Positions 9,618-19,414 of a stretch of DNA of 64,000 bases are shown here, one piece after another. The DNA is from an uncultured virus (IMG/VR IMGVR_UViG_3300042507_002066) (taxonomy: Duplodnaviria > Heunggongvirae > Uroviricota > Caudoviricetes): the IMG/VR virus record IMGVR_UViG_3300042507_002066. One strand, written 5' to 3'. The notes beneath the pieces were generated by a model. The model made no database searches. It saw nothing but the letters and a program-made list of their open reading frames with translations, and was not told the DNA's origin. Positions within the stretch are counted from its first letter, which is position 1; every line of letters begins with the position of its first letter. The translations under genes and the position numbers were made by a program.

Positions 9618-9803
9618 TTATGATAAAGACTTTTTTAGAGTCTCCATAACGTTTTCTGGAAGTTCGCCTGCCTTGAGCGAGTCCTTCATATAGTCATTCT
9701 CTGGTTCGTACCCAGGATTATCCACGATCATTTGAGCTCTCTTTTGCTCGTATTCTTTCCACTCTTCTGGAGTGATGGTCGGTACAAATTCTATTTCAGC
9801 CAT
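9618..9803 (-). CDS. Hypothetical protein
   Basis: 61-aa ORF. Confidence 0.5.
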   Translation of the reverse strand: MAEIEFVPTITPEEWKEYEQKRAQMIVDNPGYEPENDYMKDSLKAGELPENVMETLKKSLS

Positions 9804-10219
9804 GCTATCTTCTTACCCTCTTTAACTCTTTGATCGTGTTCTTCTACACTTCCTGGATATCTCCATCCCCACACTGCTACGAAGAACATAAACAATGCAG
9901 ACCACATAACGGCGTTGATGTTCTGAGTAGCGATCCACAACATAAGAAGTGATACCGACATCGTTCCTATCATAAGGTACTTTGCTTTCGTAGGAAAGAC
10001 TTTCTTTTCATTCCAATTGGTCAGAAAAGGACCGAACACACGATGGTTATAGATCCAAGCGTGCATTCGGTTGCTTGACTTTGCAAAACAGATAGCAGCA
10101 AGAACTGCTGGCGTACTCCATGGAATACCAGGAAGTATGATACCTAGGTATGCAATGCCTAACAGCACGATACCTAGGATCAACCAGAACAATTTCTTTA
10201 CTTCTGAATACTTACTCAC
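9791..10219 (-). CDS. YbaN/DUF454 family inner membrane protein
   Basis: LGIILPGIPWSTP...CFAKSS.RMHAW..NHRVFGPFL pattern. Confidence 0.85.
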   Translation of the reverse strand: MSKYSEVKKLFWLILGIVLLGIAYLGIILPGIPWSTPAVLAAICFAKSSNRMHAWIYNHRVFGPFLTNWNEKKVFPTKAKYLMIGTMSVSLLMLWIATQNINAVMWSALFMFFVAVWGWRYPGSVEEHDQRVKEGKKIAWLK

Positions 10220-10403
10220 GTTTTTCTTCCATACGCAGCCTTACCTGACAATATATATTAGTCCAAAGATCCCAGATAAGAGCAAAAAGTAAACTTATGC
10301 CTATCTGCAGCCAAAAAGTCTCTGCTATCGCAGCATTTATAATCAATCCTGTTAAAAGATCGGCAACCAGAAAGGCCATCGCATAGTCATACCATCGAAT
10401 CAT
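10212..10403 (-). CDS. Small membrane protein
   Basis: Two hydrophobic segments. Confidence 0.55.
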   Translation of the reverse strand: MIRWYDYAMAFLVADLLTGLIINAAIAETFWLQIGISLLFALIWDLWTNIYCQVRLRMEEKRE

Positions 10404-10894
10404 AGTTTACTTCCAACACGATAAAAGACATGACCACCATAGTATCCTACTTTTGTATAGTGTTTAGCCCAATGAGGCTTTACACGTTTTGTGTGATAGT
10501 GTGTGGCGTTAGTACCAATTAGGTCTGCGGTACCATCAACTAGACCAGTCGCAATCTCTACTGATTCAGACCACAACTCTCGATCACGAGGCATATCAGA
10601 TCTACCATCGCAGTACCAAGAGAACTGACATTTTCCACGAAGTGGATTACCGTTAGAATCGGTTTTCGCCTGATAGACTACATCGCATATGGTACTTGGA
10701 AAGAGGTTATTTCCTGCTCGATTAAGTGTTACTTCACCGACCATCTGCATTGCATCGCTTCCTTCACCTCTTGCCTCGTGATACATGTTGAGTGCCAGAG
10801 CATGAATTTTATCCTCTGTGTCACAAGCCGAAGCATATGCCAAAGAAGAACTTAAAAGCATGGTTAACGTAAATGTTAGTGTTGATAAACGCAT
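10400..10894 (-). CDS. SleB/Hydrolase_2 cell wall hydrolase
   Basis: Signal peptide; LALNMYHEARGE, TICDVVYQ, CQFSW, ATHYH and GGHVFY motifs. Confidence 0.9.
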   Translation of the reverse strand: MRLSTLTFTLTMLLSSSLAYASACDTEDKIHALALNMYHEARGEGSDAMQMVGEVTLNRAGNNLFPSTICDVVYQAKTDSNGNPLRGKCQFSWYCDGRSDMPRDRELWSESVEIATGLVDGTADLIGTNATHYHTKRVKPHWAKHYTKVGYYGGHVFYRVGSKL

Positions 10895-10918
10895 TAGATT
10901 TCCTGTTCGTTGTTTCGA

Positions 10919-11113
10919 TTACGAAGCTTCAACCCAATCGTTTTGCATTTGAATAATCATCTGCAGTTCAACACGTTCAGCAACTTCTTCGTAGTTCTGA
11001 GCGACATCAATAATGGCTTCTAGGATTTGTTGGCGACTATAACCAAAGGAGTCTGCCCGACGAGCCAAACTACGCATTTTACGGGCAAACTCAATCGCGG
11101 ATTGAAGTTCCAT
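10919..11113 (-). CDS. Hypothetical protein
   Basis: 64 aa, downstream of a TTTACA promoter at 11146-11174. Confidence 0.55.
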   Translation of the reverse strand: MELQSAIEFARKMRSLARRADSFGYSRQQILEAIIDVAQNYEEVAERVELQMIIQMQNDWVEAS

Positions 11114-11181
11114 TGTATTTATCCCTTATCGGTTTCTGTAATACTACAGTATACCGATTCGGGGACAATGTAAATAGAAAA

Positions 11182-12837
11182 TTAGGCTTCGCAGGCTGCG
11201 CAGCTGCTTGCCATCACTCTTTTTCTAGTCAACGACTGCGCAGCAGACATCGAGTAGCTGTAGTAGAGACTCTTAACACCCATTTCATGCGCATATAGGT
11301 ATAGTTGGTTTATTTCCTTCACGGACATGTGAGGATCCAACATGAGGTTAAGGCTTTGCCCCTGATCTATATATTCTTGACGGACAGCCGCATGATCGAT
11401 GATCGTGTATGGATTGATTTCTGCGAACGTCTTGAATACATCCTTCTCTTCCTGAGACAAGAAGCTTAGGTGTTGAACGGAACCGTCTGCTATCTTAATG
11501 GAGTCCCAAACTTCTTCCGTGTCCATACCTTTTTCCTGAAGCAGCTGAAGAAGATAAGGGTTCTTAATCGTAACCTTCATCTTTGCGAGATCCTTCACGT
11601 AGCAGTTAGAGAACTCTGGCTCGATGGATTGACTTACTTGACCAAGGATGAACGAGCTGCTCTTTGTTGGAGCGATAGCCATCGTAGTCGTATTGCGCAT
11701 TCCGTAACCAACAAGAAGAGGAGCCTCGCCAAACATTTCTGCGAGAACTTTAGAAGCTCTATGGCTCTGTTCACGAAGGACCTTTGCGATCTCAAGATTC
11801 TTTTGAGCGGCTTCTTTTGACTCAAATGCAATCATCTTTGACTGAAGATATGAATGCCATCCAAGTATTCCTACACCAAGTGCTCTGTGATTGATTGCGA
11901 ACTGACGAGCTCTCTTGAGATATTCTTGGCCTTCAGTCTTACGAATGAACTCCTCGCATACTGTGTCGAGGAAATAAGTCATGACTTCGATCGCATCGGT
12001 CTTAATGATCTCATCCCAATGAAGAACGTTGATTGACGATAGAACGCAAGTAAAGGTTTCTTCTACGGAAGAAGGAAGCGCGATCTCAATACACATGTTC
12101 GATGCATGGATCTTGAGGTCTTTATCCTTATATACTTGAGGCTTGTTATTGTTAACATTATCTCCGAAGAGAACATATGGATAACCAATCTCAGAACGAC
12201 GCTGAAGAACCTTTGCCCAAAGACGACGTTTTTCTGCGTCTCCATCCTTCATTGCCTGAATGAATTCGTTTGAAACAACAACACCGGTCGTTAGTCCCTG
12301 AATTGGATTTCCTTCCGTTCCGATGTCAAGAAACTCGTCTGCGTCTGGGTGATCGATGTCGTGATATGCAGCAAAGAAGCCACGACGAACAGAACCCTGA
12401 GATACGACTGAAGCCAACGAATCATATAGCTGCATAAAGTGCACAGAACCCGAAGACTCGCCCGAGTCACGAATAGGAGCACCACGATGACGTACTGCAC
12501 CGAAGTAACCGGAAGTACCTCCGCCGTTCTTCATAAGCATTCCGTTCTCGGCGACACCGTATAGAATGGATTCCATGTTATCGTCGATGTAAGAACCAAA
12601 GCAGGATACTGGAAGTCCTCTTTCCTTACCATAGTTTGCCCAGACTGGCGACGACAGAGAGTAGAAACCACGAGCCATGTAGTCATAGAACTTGTCAGCA
12701 TATCCTGGCATGGTCAAATACTTTTCTGCAGTATCAGCAATCGCACGAATGCGTTCCTCAGGAGTTTCACCTTCGCTTAGATATCCGCGAGACAAAAACT
12801 TTCTTGAGTCATCGTTGAGCCAATAGAATTTTTCCAT
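11182..12837 (-). CDS. nrdA: Class I ribonucleotide reductase alpha subunit (short, no ATP cone; NrdAi-like)
   Basis: PVSCF, NGGGTS, SNMCIEI (thiyl Cys), AIAPT, SLYY and C-terminal CAACEA. Confidence 0.95.
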   Translation of the reverse strand: MEKFYWLNDDSRKFLSRGYLSEGETPEERIRAIADTAEKYLTMPGYADKFYDYMARGFYSLSSPVWANYGKERGLPVSCFGSYIDDNMESILYGVAENGMLMKNGGGTSGYFGAVRHRGAPIRDSGESSGSVHFMQLYDSLASVVSQGSVRRGFFAAYHDIDHPDADEFLDIGTEGNPIQGLTTGVVVSNEFIQAMKDGDAEKRRLWAKVLQRRSEIGYPYVLFGDNVNNNKPQVYKDKDLKIHASNMCIEIALPSSVEETFTCVLSSINVLHWDEIIKTDAIEVMTYFLDTVCEEFIRKTEGQEYLKRARQFAINHRALGVGILGWHSYLQSKMIAFESKEAAQKNLEIAKVLREQSHRASKVLAEMFGEAPLLVGYGMRNTTTMAIAPTKSSSFILGQVSQSIEPEFSNCYVKDLAKMKVTIKNPYLLQLLQEKGMDTEEVWDSIKIADGSVQHLSFLSQEEKDVFKTFAEINPYTIIDHAAVRQEYIDQGQSLNLMLDPHMSVKEINQLYLYAHEMGVKSLYYSYSMSAAQSLTRKRVMASSCAACEA

Positions 12838-12840
12838 TTA

Positions 12841-13044
12841 TTATTCCTTAAAATATGTATTAATAATTTCGAGTTGATCGTGGTACTTTGCCATCTCCTC
12901 GAGTTCCTTTTCTATTGTGTCCATGATATCTGAATGCTCACCAACTCCGACTGGATTATTCAAATAGATTTCAACGTTTACCTTATGCTTATTGATATGC
13001 GCAATCGCGTGGTCTCGAAGCGCAATTAAGATTTCTTTTCTCAT
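12841..13044 (-). CDS. Conserved small phage protein
   Basis: NVEIYLNNPVGVGEHSDI motif. Confidence 0.65.
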   Translation of the reverse strand: MRKEILIALRDHAIAHINKHKVNVEIYLNNPVGVGEHSDIMDTIEKELEEMAKYHDQLEIINTYFKE

Positions 13045-13056
13045 TATATGTTCTCC

Positions 13057-14337
13057 TTAGAATAGATCTGATTCTGTGAATGACTTTGTCTTCTTTGAGT
13101 ATGCAGTGCTACGCTTGACGAAGAAGTCAACGTTCTTTGTGCTGAGGATTTCTTCAACAAACCAGTTCGTGCTCTTCACTACATTGACATCGGTTTCATA
13201 GATAGGTTTAAGGTCGATTGCCTGAAGCGACTGATTGAAACGGTGCTTGAGGAATTCTTTTACGGTTTCTTTCGGAAGAAAGTCAAGATCCGAATCACCA
13301 TAGATCCAATCAACGATCATAGCTTCTGCCTTATATGCTTCTTTGCAGAGACGGTTGACTTCGGATATGGTATCCTTGTTCCACCAGTCTGGGTTCTCTG
13401 CTTTAATGATATTCACGAGTTCGAAACCAAAACGAGCGTGAATGTCTTCTTCTTTTGAGGTAGCTTCAACAGCGTTAGAGATACCCTTAAGGACGTTCTT
13501 ATGTTTATTGAATGCCATCATAATAAGGAACTGAGAGAATAGCGATACATTTTCAACGAACATAGAAAAGAGAATGATCTTATGGAAGTAGTCCTTATCA
13601 TCAACTGGAGTCTGAAGCGACTGCTCGAGATATGCGATACGCTTCTTAATCGCTGGTACTTCAACTAGGTTCTCAAACTCAGAGTTAAGACCCATTATCT
13701 CAAGAAGGTTTGAATACGCATCAGCATGACGAACTTCAGACTCACCAAAGGTAACACCAACGGCTTGTACTTCTGGCTTTGGCATCTTATCGCCAACCTT
13801 CGCCCAGAACGTTTTGACTTGAACTTCGATCTGAGAGATAGCAAGCATTGCCTTCTTTACAATATCTGCTTCCTGAGGAGTCATACGAACCTTCATATCC
13901 TGAATGTCGGATGAATAGTTAAACTCTGTATGAACCCAATAGGAATGGCGGATTGCTTCAAGGTACTCGATGAGTTGTGGATATTCGTAAGGTTTAAGAT
14001 TTGTTCTCTTACGAAAGATACTTGGCATATTGTTATAACGATAGAGGATGTATTCTCGAGCGAGATCGTGCAGACCCATATCCATGATTACGTTTTCAAC
14101 TGTTCTATGAATTGCGTCGACGCTTACGATAACATCATTGAGAGCATCGCTGTTAAGTTTATCGGCCACTTCCAATGAAACTTCTTCTGGTATAGTTTTA
14201 CTTTTAATTCCAACTGATCTCATAGCTTTTGAAACTGCGGTAACAATTTTATTTCTATCGAAGTTTTCAGTTGAACCGTCTCTTTTCGAAACATAGCTCA
14301 CTGTCTTTCTTATTTCGTTATTCGAAACGTCCAGCAT
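13057..14337 (-). CDS. nrdB: Ribonucleotide reductase beta subunit with N-terminal ATP-cone fusion
   Basis: VSKRDGSTENFDRNKI (ATP cone), followed by ferritin-like SQIE, ESEVRHADAY, VENVSLFSQF and KEEDIH. Confidence 0.92.
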   Translation of the reverse strand: MLDVSNNEIRKTVSYVSKRDGSTENFDRNKIVTAVSKAMRSVGIKSKTIPEEVSLEVADKLNSDALNDVIVSVDAIHRTVENVIMDMGLHDLAREYILYRYNNMPSIFRKRTNLKPYEYPQLIEYLEAIRHSYWVHTEFNYSSDIQDMKVRMTPQEADIVKKAMLAISQIEVQVKTFWAKVGDKMPKPEVQAVGVTFGESEVRHADAYSNLLEIMGLNSEFENLVEVPAIKKRIAYLEQSLQTPVDDKDYFHKIILFSMFVENVSLFSQFLIMMAFNKHKNVLKGISNAVEATSKEEDIHARFGFELVNIIKAENPDWWNKDTISEVNRLCKEAYKAEAMIVDWIYGDSDLDFLPKETVKEFLKHRFNQSLQAIDLKPIYETDVNVVKSTNWFVEEILSTKNVDFFVKRSTAYSKKTKSFTESDLF

Positions 14338-14400
14338 GCGTAAGTACCTCTTATCGTTATTAGTGAAAATGAATCAACACCCTACGAATAGGGTTTATCA

Positions 14401-14447
14401 AATACATATATTGTGGATTTTAGTCTGTTTTAGTCAACATGTAGTAT
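14401..14447 (-). promoter_or_regulatory. Candidate tandem NrdR boxes overlapping the nrdBA promoter
   Basis: aatacatatattgtgg (14401) and agtcaacatgtagtat (14432) each match about 11/16 of acaCwAtATaTwGtgt and lie 31 bp apart; the second overlaps a TTGACT -35. Confidence 0.5.
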
Positions 14448-14494
14448 TTATTCTTATCTCAAGAGCTTTTTGAAGTTATATACAATATTTTACT

Positions 14495-15385
14495 TCACAC
14501 TGCCATGTCCATTTTGATAGTTGAATGATGAAAATAGTTTATAAGTTGAAACTTATTTACGTCGTCGAGTCTAAATCCGTTCTTAAGTCTATCCATGAGA
14601 TCAAAGTCGGTGTCTATGTGTAGAGTAGGAAGAGGAAACTCTTCGCGAGTCAATTGTTCTCTTACTTGTTCGATATGGTTCGTATAGATATGTGCGTCTC
14701 CGATAGTATGAACAAAATCGCCAACGCCTAGATTACATTCTTTTGCTATGATATGAGTTAATAGAGAGTATGAAGCAATGTTAAATGGAATTCCGAGACC
14801 GGCGTCGCCGCTTCTCTGATACATCTGGCAACTCAACTTACCGTTAACGACCCGAAACTGCGTGAGTACGTGACAGGGCGGTAGGGCCATTTCGGAGGTC
14901 TGTAGAGGGTTCCATGCTGAAAGGATAATTCTTCTTGAGTCAGGGTTGGTTTGTATCTGTCGGATAACATCCACGATCTGGTCGACTCCCCAGTCTCCAC
15001 CCTTGATGTTGTTGAAGTTGCGCCACTGAGCTCCATAGACTGGGCCAAGCTCTTTGGTGAATTCATTGTTGATGTATCCAAGAGCCTTCCCTTGAGTGTC
15101 GGCATTGGCGGTCCAAATTGTAGATCTTCCGATAAGGTCGACGCGATGTTTGTTAAAAGTGAGTTCCGCCAAACGCCGTTCGTCTGTTCCACCTTCGAGG
15201 AACCAGAGTAGTTCTCCAACGACTGCTTTCCATGCGAGCTTTTTTGTCGTAACTGCAGGGAATCCGTCTTGTAAATTAAATCGCATTTGGTAACCGAATA
15301 TGGATCTTGTCCCTGTTCCTGTCCTGTCATTTACGTCCTCTCCGTACTCTAGGATATCTTCGAGTAATTTATGATACTGTTTCAT
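14495..15385 (-). CDS. thyA: Thymidylate synthase
   Basis: DRTGTGT, ELLWF, LGPVYGAQWR, MALPPCH, YQRSGD, PFNIASY; no intron. Confidence 0.97.
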   Translation of the reverse strand: MKQYHKLLEDILEYGEDVNDRTGTGTRSIFGYQMRFNLQDGFPAVTTKKLAWKAVVGELLWFLEGGTDERRLAELTFNKHRVDLIGRSTIWTANADTQGKALGYINNEFTKELGPVYGAQWRNFNNIKGGDWGVDQIVDVIRQIQTNPDSRRIILSAWNPLQTSEMALPPCHVLTQFRVVNGKLSCQMYQRSGDAGLGIPFNIASYSLLTHIIAKECNLGVGDFVHTIGDAHIYTNHIEQVREQLTREEFPLPTLHIDTDFDLMDRLKNGFRLDDVNKFQLINYFHHSTIKMDMAV

Positions 15386-15879
15386 CTTTTAACCCACTTT
15401 GTAATAATTCCAAAACTTAAAACTTCTACGCTACCCATATGAAACTGTTCCGTGATCTTTTGTTTAGGAAGGAATGTATCGCAATCATAAACACCGCCGA
15501 CATCGTTTAACCAGAGTTCATCAATGATTTCAAGACAACTCTCAACGAGCTGCGCACCACCGATGATCCAGATTTTAGAATGATCCGAGTATCGTTTCAC
15601 AATCTTATCTTTAATTACTTCTACAATATCATTGCCGCCATACGTACCATGATAGCCACGCGAAATATTATTCGAAGACGAGATAACGTAGTTGAGTCTA
15701 TTAGGTAATGGCTTGACGTGTAGACTCTCCCAAGTCTTTCTACCCATCACAACGACACCACCGAGCGTCTTTTCTTTAAACCATTTAAGATCATCGCTAT
15801 TCTTTGGCCAAGGAAGATCACCGTCCTTTCCAATTCCCCAAAAAGCATCGTGAGCTAAAATAGCATTTACATTCTTCAT
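15382..15879 (-). CDS. frd: Dihydrofolate reductase
   Basis: GIGKDGDLPW, MGRKTWES, LPNRLN, IIGGAQ, CDTF. Confidence 0.93.
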   Translation of the reverse strand: MKNVNAILAHDAFWGIGKDGDLPWPKNSDDLKWFKEKTLGGVVVMGRKTWESLHVKPLPNRLNYVISSSNNISRGYHGTYGGNDIVEVIKDKIVKRYSDHSKIWIIGGAQLVESCLEIIDELWLNDVGGVYDCDTFLPKQKITEQFHMGSVEVLSFGIITKWVKR

Positions 15880-16883
15880 ACTTTTCTCCATGATGCTAAC
15901 TTAAGTGTCGCTTGAAGACCCTTATAAGTGTTTTCTCGAATGACTTCTTCAACGTTTGATATACCGTTTAGAACCATTTCATTTATATCCTTGCCAGGCA
16001 CGCTAGAGGGCCATACGCACACTCGATAACCGGCGTTGATGAGCCTCTCAATCCTTTTATGGATCTCTTTATTCCGAGGCTCAGCATCGAATACAAAGAT
16101 CGCGTTGTCAGCTCTTTTCAGACCACTTACGTTTCCGTCAGCACCTGCCATTGCAACAGCGTTTGAAAGAAACATACAGTCGAGAGCACCTTCAACTACG
16201 AAGTATGTCTGTTCAAAATTTACAGTGTCGAGGCCAAAGATCTTAGAACGTTCTTCAAACATAATGGTAATGTATCTTACGCCGTTCGGATCAAAACCAC
16301 GAGCCGACACACCAAACATCTTTCCGTTCTCATCAAAGAATGGAATTACGAGACGAGGTTCGTCTTTGCCTACGTTCTCAAACTTATTTGGAATAATGCT
16401 ATTGATCCAAGTTTTAAACTTTGGGGCAAAATACATTCGATAGTGGTGCTGTGGTGGAATTCCTCTTTTCATTACGTACTTTTTAAGAGGATGATCCGTG
16501 GATAGTTGACTCACCTTCTTAAGTTGTTTAAGAGGGTCAACATTGAACACAGGCTTTTCAAATTTTGTTTTTTCTAAGATGGACGCATCGGACTTCTTCG
16601 CGTCCTTCACAAACTTTTCTGCGATGTAATCATTATATGCCATACCGTCAATACTCTTGAGAAAGTACGAGAACGATTGGCTTGCGCCGCAGTTATGGCA
16701 GTAGAAGTGGAAGCTGTTATCTTTTTCGAGCAGCCAGCCTCGTGCCTTCGTCTTTGACGTCTGAGAGTCGCCGCAGACAGGGCACCTGAAGTTTATCTTA
16801 TACGGATTCGTCGACCGAACTTTAAACCGATCCAATCGGCTCGAAAGCATAGTCGCGTATTGGAGATCTACAAAATCTACCAC
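15876..16883 (-). CDS. 61: T4 gp61-like DNA primase
   Basis: NFRCPVCGDS...CHNC zinc finger; VVEGALD and FDAEPRN TOPRIM motifs; KDINEM. Confidence 0.93.
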   Translation of the reverse strand: MVDFVDLQYATMLSSRLDRFKVRSTNPYKINFRCPVCGDSQTSKTKARGWLLEKDNSFHFYCHNCGASQSFSYFLKSIDGMAYNDYIAEKFVKDAKKSDASILEKTKFEKPVFNVDPLKQLKKVSQLSTDHPLKKYVMKRGIPPQHHYRMYFAPKFKTWINSIIPNKFENVGKDEPRLVIPFFDENGKMFGVSARGFDPNGVRYITIMFEERSKIFGLDTVNFEQTYFVVEGALDCMFLSNAVAMAGADGNVSGLKRADNAIFVFDAEPRNKEIHKRIERLINAGYRVCVWPSSVPGKDINEMVLNGISNVEEVIRENTYKGLQATLKLASWRKV

Positions 16884-16941
16884 GTTGCCTCACATTAGTT
16901 GCATGATATTGAATTACAATATATTCCATATATCCCAAATG

Positions 16942-17409
16942 TCAACCAAAAAGTGACATCAGGGATTCATATCTGTCAAAGAGGAAGATCAAGACCGCGG
17001 CTGCACCGAGGATCCACCATCTCCAGTTTTCAAGGGCTTGTATTCTTGCATCCTGAGTCTCAAGTTTTGCAGTTATGACCGTATGCATATTCTGTATTGA
17101 CTCTAATACTTCTTTGTGACGACGTTCTCTTTGTATCTGAGCGTCCTCTCTCATGTCGGCGATTACTTTGCTGAGTTCTTTACGATGCTCAGCCTCATCA
17201 TCGGCATGTTTAATAAAGGTATCTTCTAGGTTTTCAATTCTTCTTTCAGCGTTCTCAAGAATCTTCTCTTGAACCGCAGCTATCTTATGTAGCTCGGCCA
17301 TGTCACCAACTGCGTGGTCGACTTTATTAAATACTCTCTCTATCTGTTTAATGTCTTTTTTGATAAGAGCGACATCTGTCTTTAGAACGTTTACTTCGGT
17401 GTCAGTCAT
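16942..17409 (-). CDS. Coiled-coil protein with C-terminal TM helix (possible holin-like)
   Basis: LENWRWWILGAAAVLIFL; adjacent to the spanins and endolysin. Confidence 0.55.
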   Translation of the reverse strand: MTDTEVNVLKTDVALIKKDIKQIERVFNKVDHAVGDMAELHKIAAVQEKILENAERRIENLEDTFIKHADDEAEHRKELSKVIADMREDAQIQRERRHKEVLESIQNMHTVITAKLETQDARIQALENWRWWILGAAAVLIFLFDRYESLMSLFG

Positions 17410-17446
17410 TTTGTTTCCTGAAAGAAATCACATTCTATAAAGAACA

Positions 17447-17465
17447 ATGGCCCCTGAAGGGCCAT
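17447..17465 (-). terminator. Stem-loop after the spanin genes
   Basis: atggccc-ctgaa-gggccat hairpin with a weak U tract. Confidence 0.45.
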
Positions 17466-17492
17466 CTAAAACCAATCGAGACTATTTATATT

Positions 17493-17849
17493 TTAGTCCC
17501 ACTGCTTTTCATATATCACAATGATTTCTTTTTGCTGCTGTATGTATGCTCGAATGTCACTTAAGTTGAGAGAAATGTTCTCATAGTCCTTCGCTGTGAG
17601 AGCAAAGAGAACTTTGTCTCCCTTTACCTTTGAGAAAATTTCTTCTGCGTTTTCGGGTGTAATGACCGCGAATTTTACTTCTCTTAGATTCAATTCGTCA
17701 GGGGTTGGAACCGACGGTTTCGGAGGTTTCACTATTTGTGTCTCCGTTATTATCTTCGGTGGTGGTTCCACTGGCGCTGGGCGTGAGCATGCCGCTAGCG
17801 ACAAGACGATCATAAATCCAAGGACACTCGCTGTTAAACGCTCTTGCAT
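17493..17849 (-). CDS. o-spanin (Rz1-like lipoprotein)
   Basis: Lipobox LAAC, Pro-rich linker; overlaps the 3' end of the i-spanin gene. Confidence 0.8.
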   Translation of the reverse strand: MQERLTASVLGFMIVLSLAACSRPAPVEPPPKIITETQIVKPPKPSVPTPDELNLREVKFAVITPENAEEIFSKVKGDKVLFALTAKDYENISLNLSDIRAYIQQQKEIIVIYEKQWD

Positions 17850-18273
17850 TCTTTGCTTCCTTTTCTTTGTCTGTTAGAACCGATCCAGACTCAAGTTCAA
17901 AACATCTCATTGCTTTTTCAGCTGCGCTGTTTAGTATCTTTTCAACCAAACCCGGTTTTGCAGCTGCGAGGACATCCAACTCGTGCTTTCCGAGTCTGTC
18001 TCTCAATTCGTTATTCTGACGACGTATTTCCGTAAAGTTATTCTGAAGCGCAGCAAAGTTCTCCTGTGCCTGCTGATAACCAGCCTGAAGATTATTAATC
18101 GTAGCGATGTTCTGTTTGTTCACTTGTTCCATCTGTTCAACATTCGCCATAAGAGTGGCGTTATATTGAGTAAGCTGCTCTATCTTGGCTTGCGTGGAGG
18201 TGTAATAATAGTATACGCCTCCACTTACCATAGAAGCCGCCATAAACATTGCTATGATGATATAGATCTTCAT
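17698..18273 (-). CDS. i-spanin (Rz-like)
   Basis: N-terminal TM, long coiled coil, AAAKPGLVEKI motif. Confidence 0.8.
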   Translation of the reverse strand: MKIYIIIAMFMAASMVSGGVYYYYTSTQAKIEQLTQYNATLMANVEQMEQVNKQNIATINNLQAGYQQAQENFAALQNNFTEIRRQNNELRDRLGKHELDVLAAAKPGLVEKILNSAAEKAMRCFELESGSVLTDKEKEAKNARAFNSECPWIYDRLVASGMLTPSASGTTTEDNNGDTNSETSETVGSNP

Positions 18274-18480
18274 TTATTTTTTGGCTTCGTCTTCGTCCTC
18301 ATCTTCTTCGTCTTCGTCTTCGTCTTCATCTTCCTCTTCTTCATCTTCGTCTTCTTCGTCATCAGACATCTTTGCTTCGAGAGCAAGACGAATACGTGCT
18401 GCAAGCTCTGCTTCTAGAGCTTCCTTCATCGCTAGAGGATTTTTATCAACTGAATGCTTTATAATATCAGTAACAGACAT
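18274..18480 (-). CDS. Small acidic protein, gp67-like prohead core protein
   Basis: Helical N-terminus plus long D/E tail resembling T4 gp67. Confidence 0.5.
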   Translation of the reverse strand: MSVTDIIKHSVDKNPLAMKEALEAELAARIRLALEAKMSDDEEDEDEEEEDEDEDEDEEDEDEDEAKK

Positions 18481-18520
18481 TTTTGTCTCCTTTTCTATTA
18501 GGTTTCTAACCTACTATTTA

Positions 18521-19414
18521 TTATTTGAGTAGCTTTGCTAGAGTCGCTGGCCCAGCGACACCGTCGGCTTCTAATCCATTCTCTCGCTGCCACTTCTTGA
18601 GTGCGCCGGCAGTTCCAAAACCAAAGTCACCGTCTGCGGCAATTCCGAGAGCTTGCTGCATTCTTTTAACATCGTCGCCCTTCATCCCTCTCGTGAGAGT
18701 TCTCTGGGCAGCCTTAGGAGCAGCGGCCGCTGGTTTTGCTGCCGACGCTGGTTTTGCTTGCTCAGTAACAGGAGGTGCAGAAACCTTACCGCCAAGTAGT
18801 GCTTTCGCTTTTGTATAACGAGTAGTACGATCTTCAAGACCAATCGTTCCACCATTGATTTTCTTAGTCATTCCAACAATGTCGTCTGCATCTGCAAACT
18901 TAGCGATGTTGTTCGTTTTCCAGAACCAGCATGCGGACTCAAGAGCACCTTTCTTTGTGTCAAGATAAGCTGATGCCTGTTCTGCGGTCATGTTAACAGT
19001 CTTTGCGAATGCGGTGTAGTTATTACGTCCAGTTAACTGCTTAACTCCGCGACCACGGAATCTCCAACCATCTCCTGCTTGAGTATTTCCCATAGCACCC
19101 TGCTTACTTCTAAACTCGTCCATATAGACGTAGTTCGCAATCTTCTCTGGGTTCTTTGCATACTCAGCTGCATTGCGCTTTCCAGCTCCGAAGTAGCGTG
19201 GGAATACCTTGAGAAGAGTTTCTTCACGATAGTTAAGGTTCTCTTCAAGCATTGTAAAGTCAGCTGACTCGTGAGCACACTGTGCCATGAAAGCCGCAAT
19301 GCGAAGTGGTGTTGTGATTTCATACTTTTCAAACATGTCGATAGCTACATCATACCATTCTTTAGCTTCTTTATTCTTCGGTATCATTGCGCTGAACTGT
19401 TCTAATGTAATCAT
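18521..19414 (-). CDS. GH19 endolysin with C-terminal peptidoglycan-binding domain
   Basis: AQCAHES, EENLNY, DGWRFRGRG, QLTGRNNY, TKKINGG; PG_binding DGDFG and DGVAGPAT. Confidence 0.92.
   Translation of the reverse strand: MITLEQFSAMIPKNKEAKEWYDVAIDMFEKYEITTPLRIAAFMAQCAHESADFTMLEENLNYREETLLKVFPRYFGAGKRNAAEYAKNPEKIANYVYMDEFRSKQGAMGNTQAGDGWRFRGRGVKQLTGRNNYTAFAKTVNMTAEQASAYLDTKKGALESACWFWKTNNIAKFADADDIVGMTKKINGGTIGLEDRTTRYTKAKALLGGKVSAPPVTEQAKPASAAKPAAAAPKAAQRTLTRGMKGDDVKRMQQALGIAADGDFGFGTAGALKKWQRENGLEADGVAGPATLAKLLK

Noticed and set aside
11182..15385. Introns or inteins in nrdA, nrdB or thyA
   Set aside because: All are uninterrupted and of expected length.
18281..18532. Poly-Ser ORF on the + strand
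   Set aside because: Antisense shadow of the D/E-rich tail of the 68-aa minus-strand gene.
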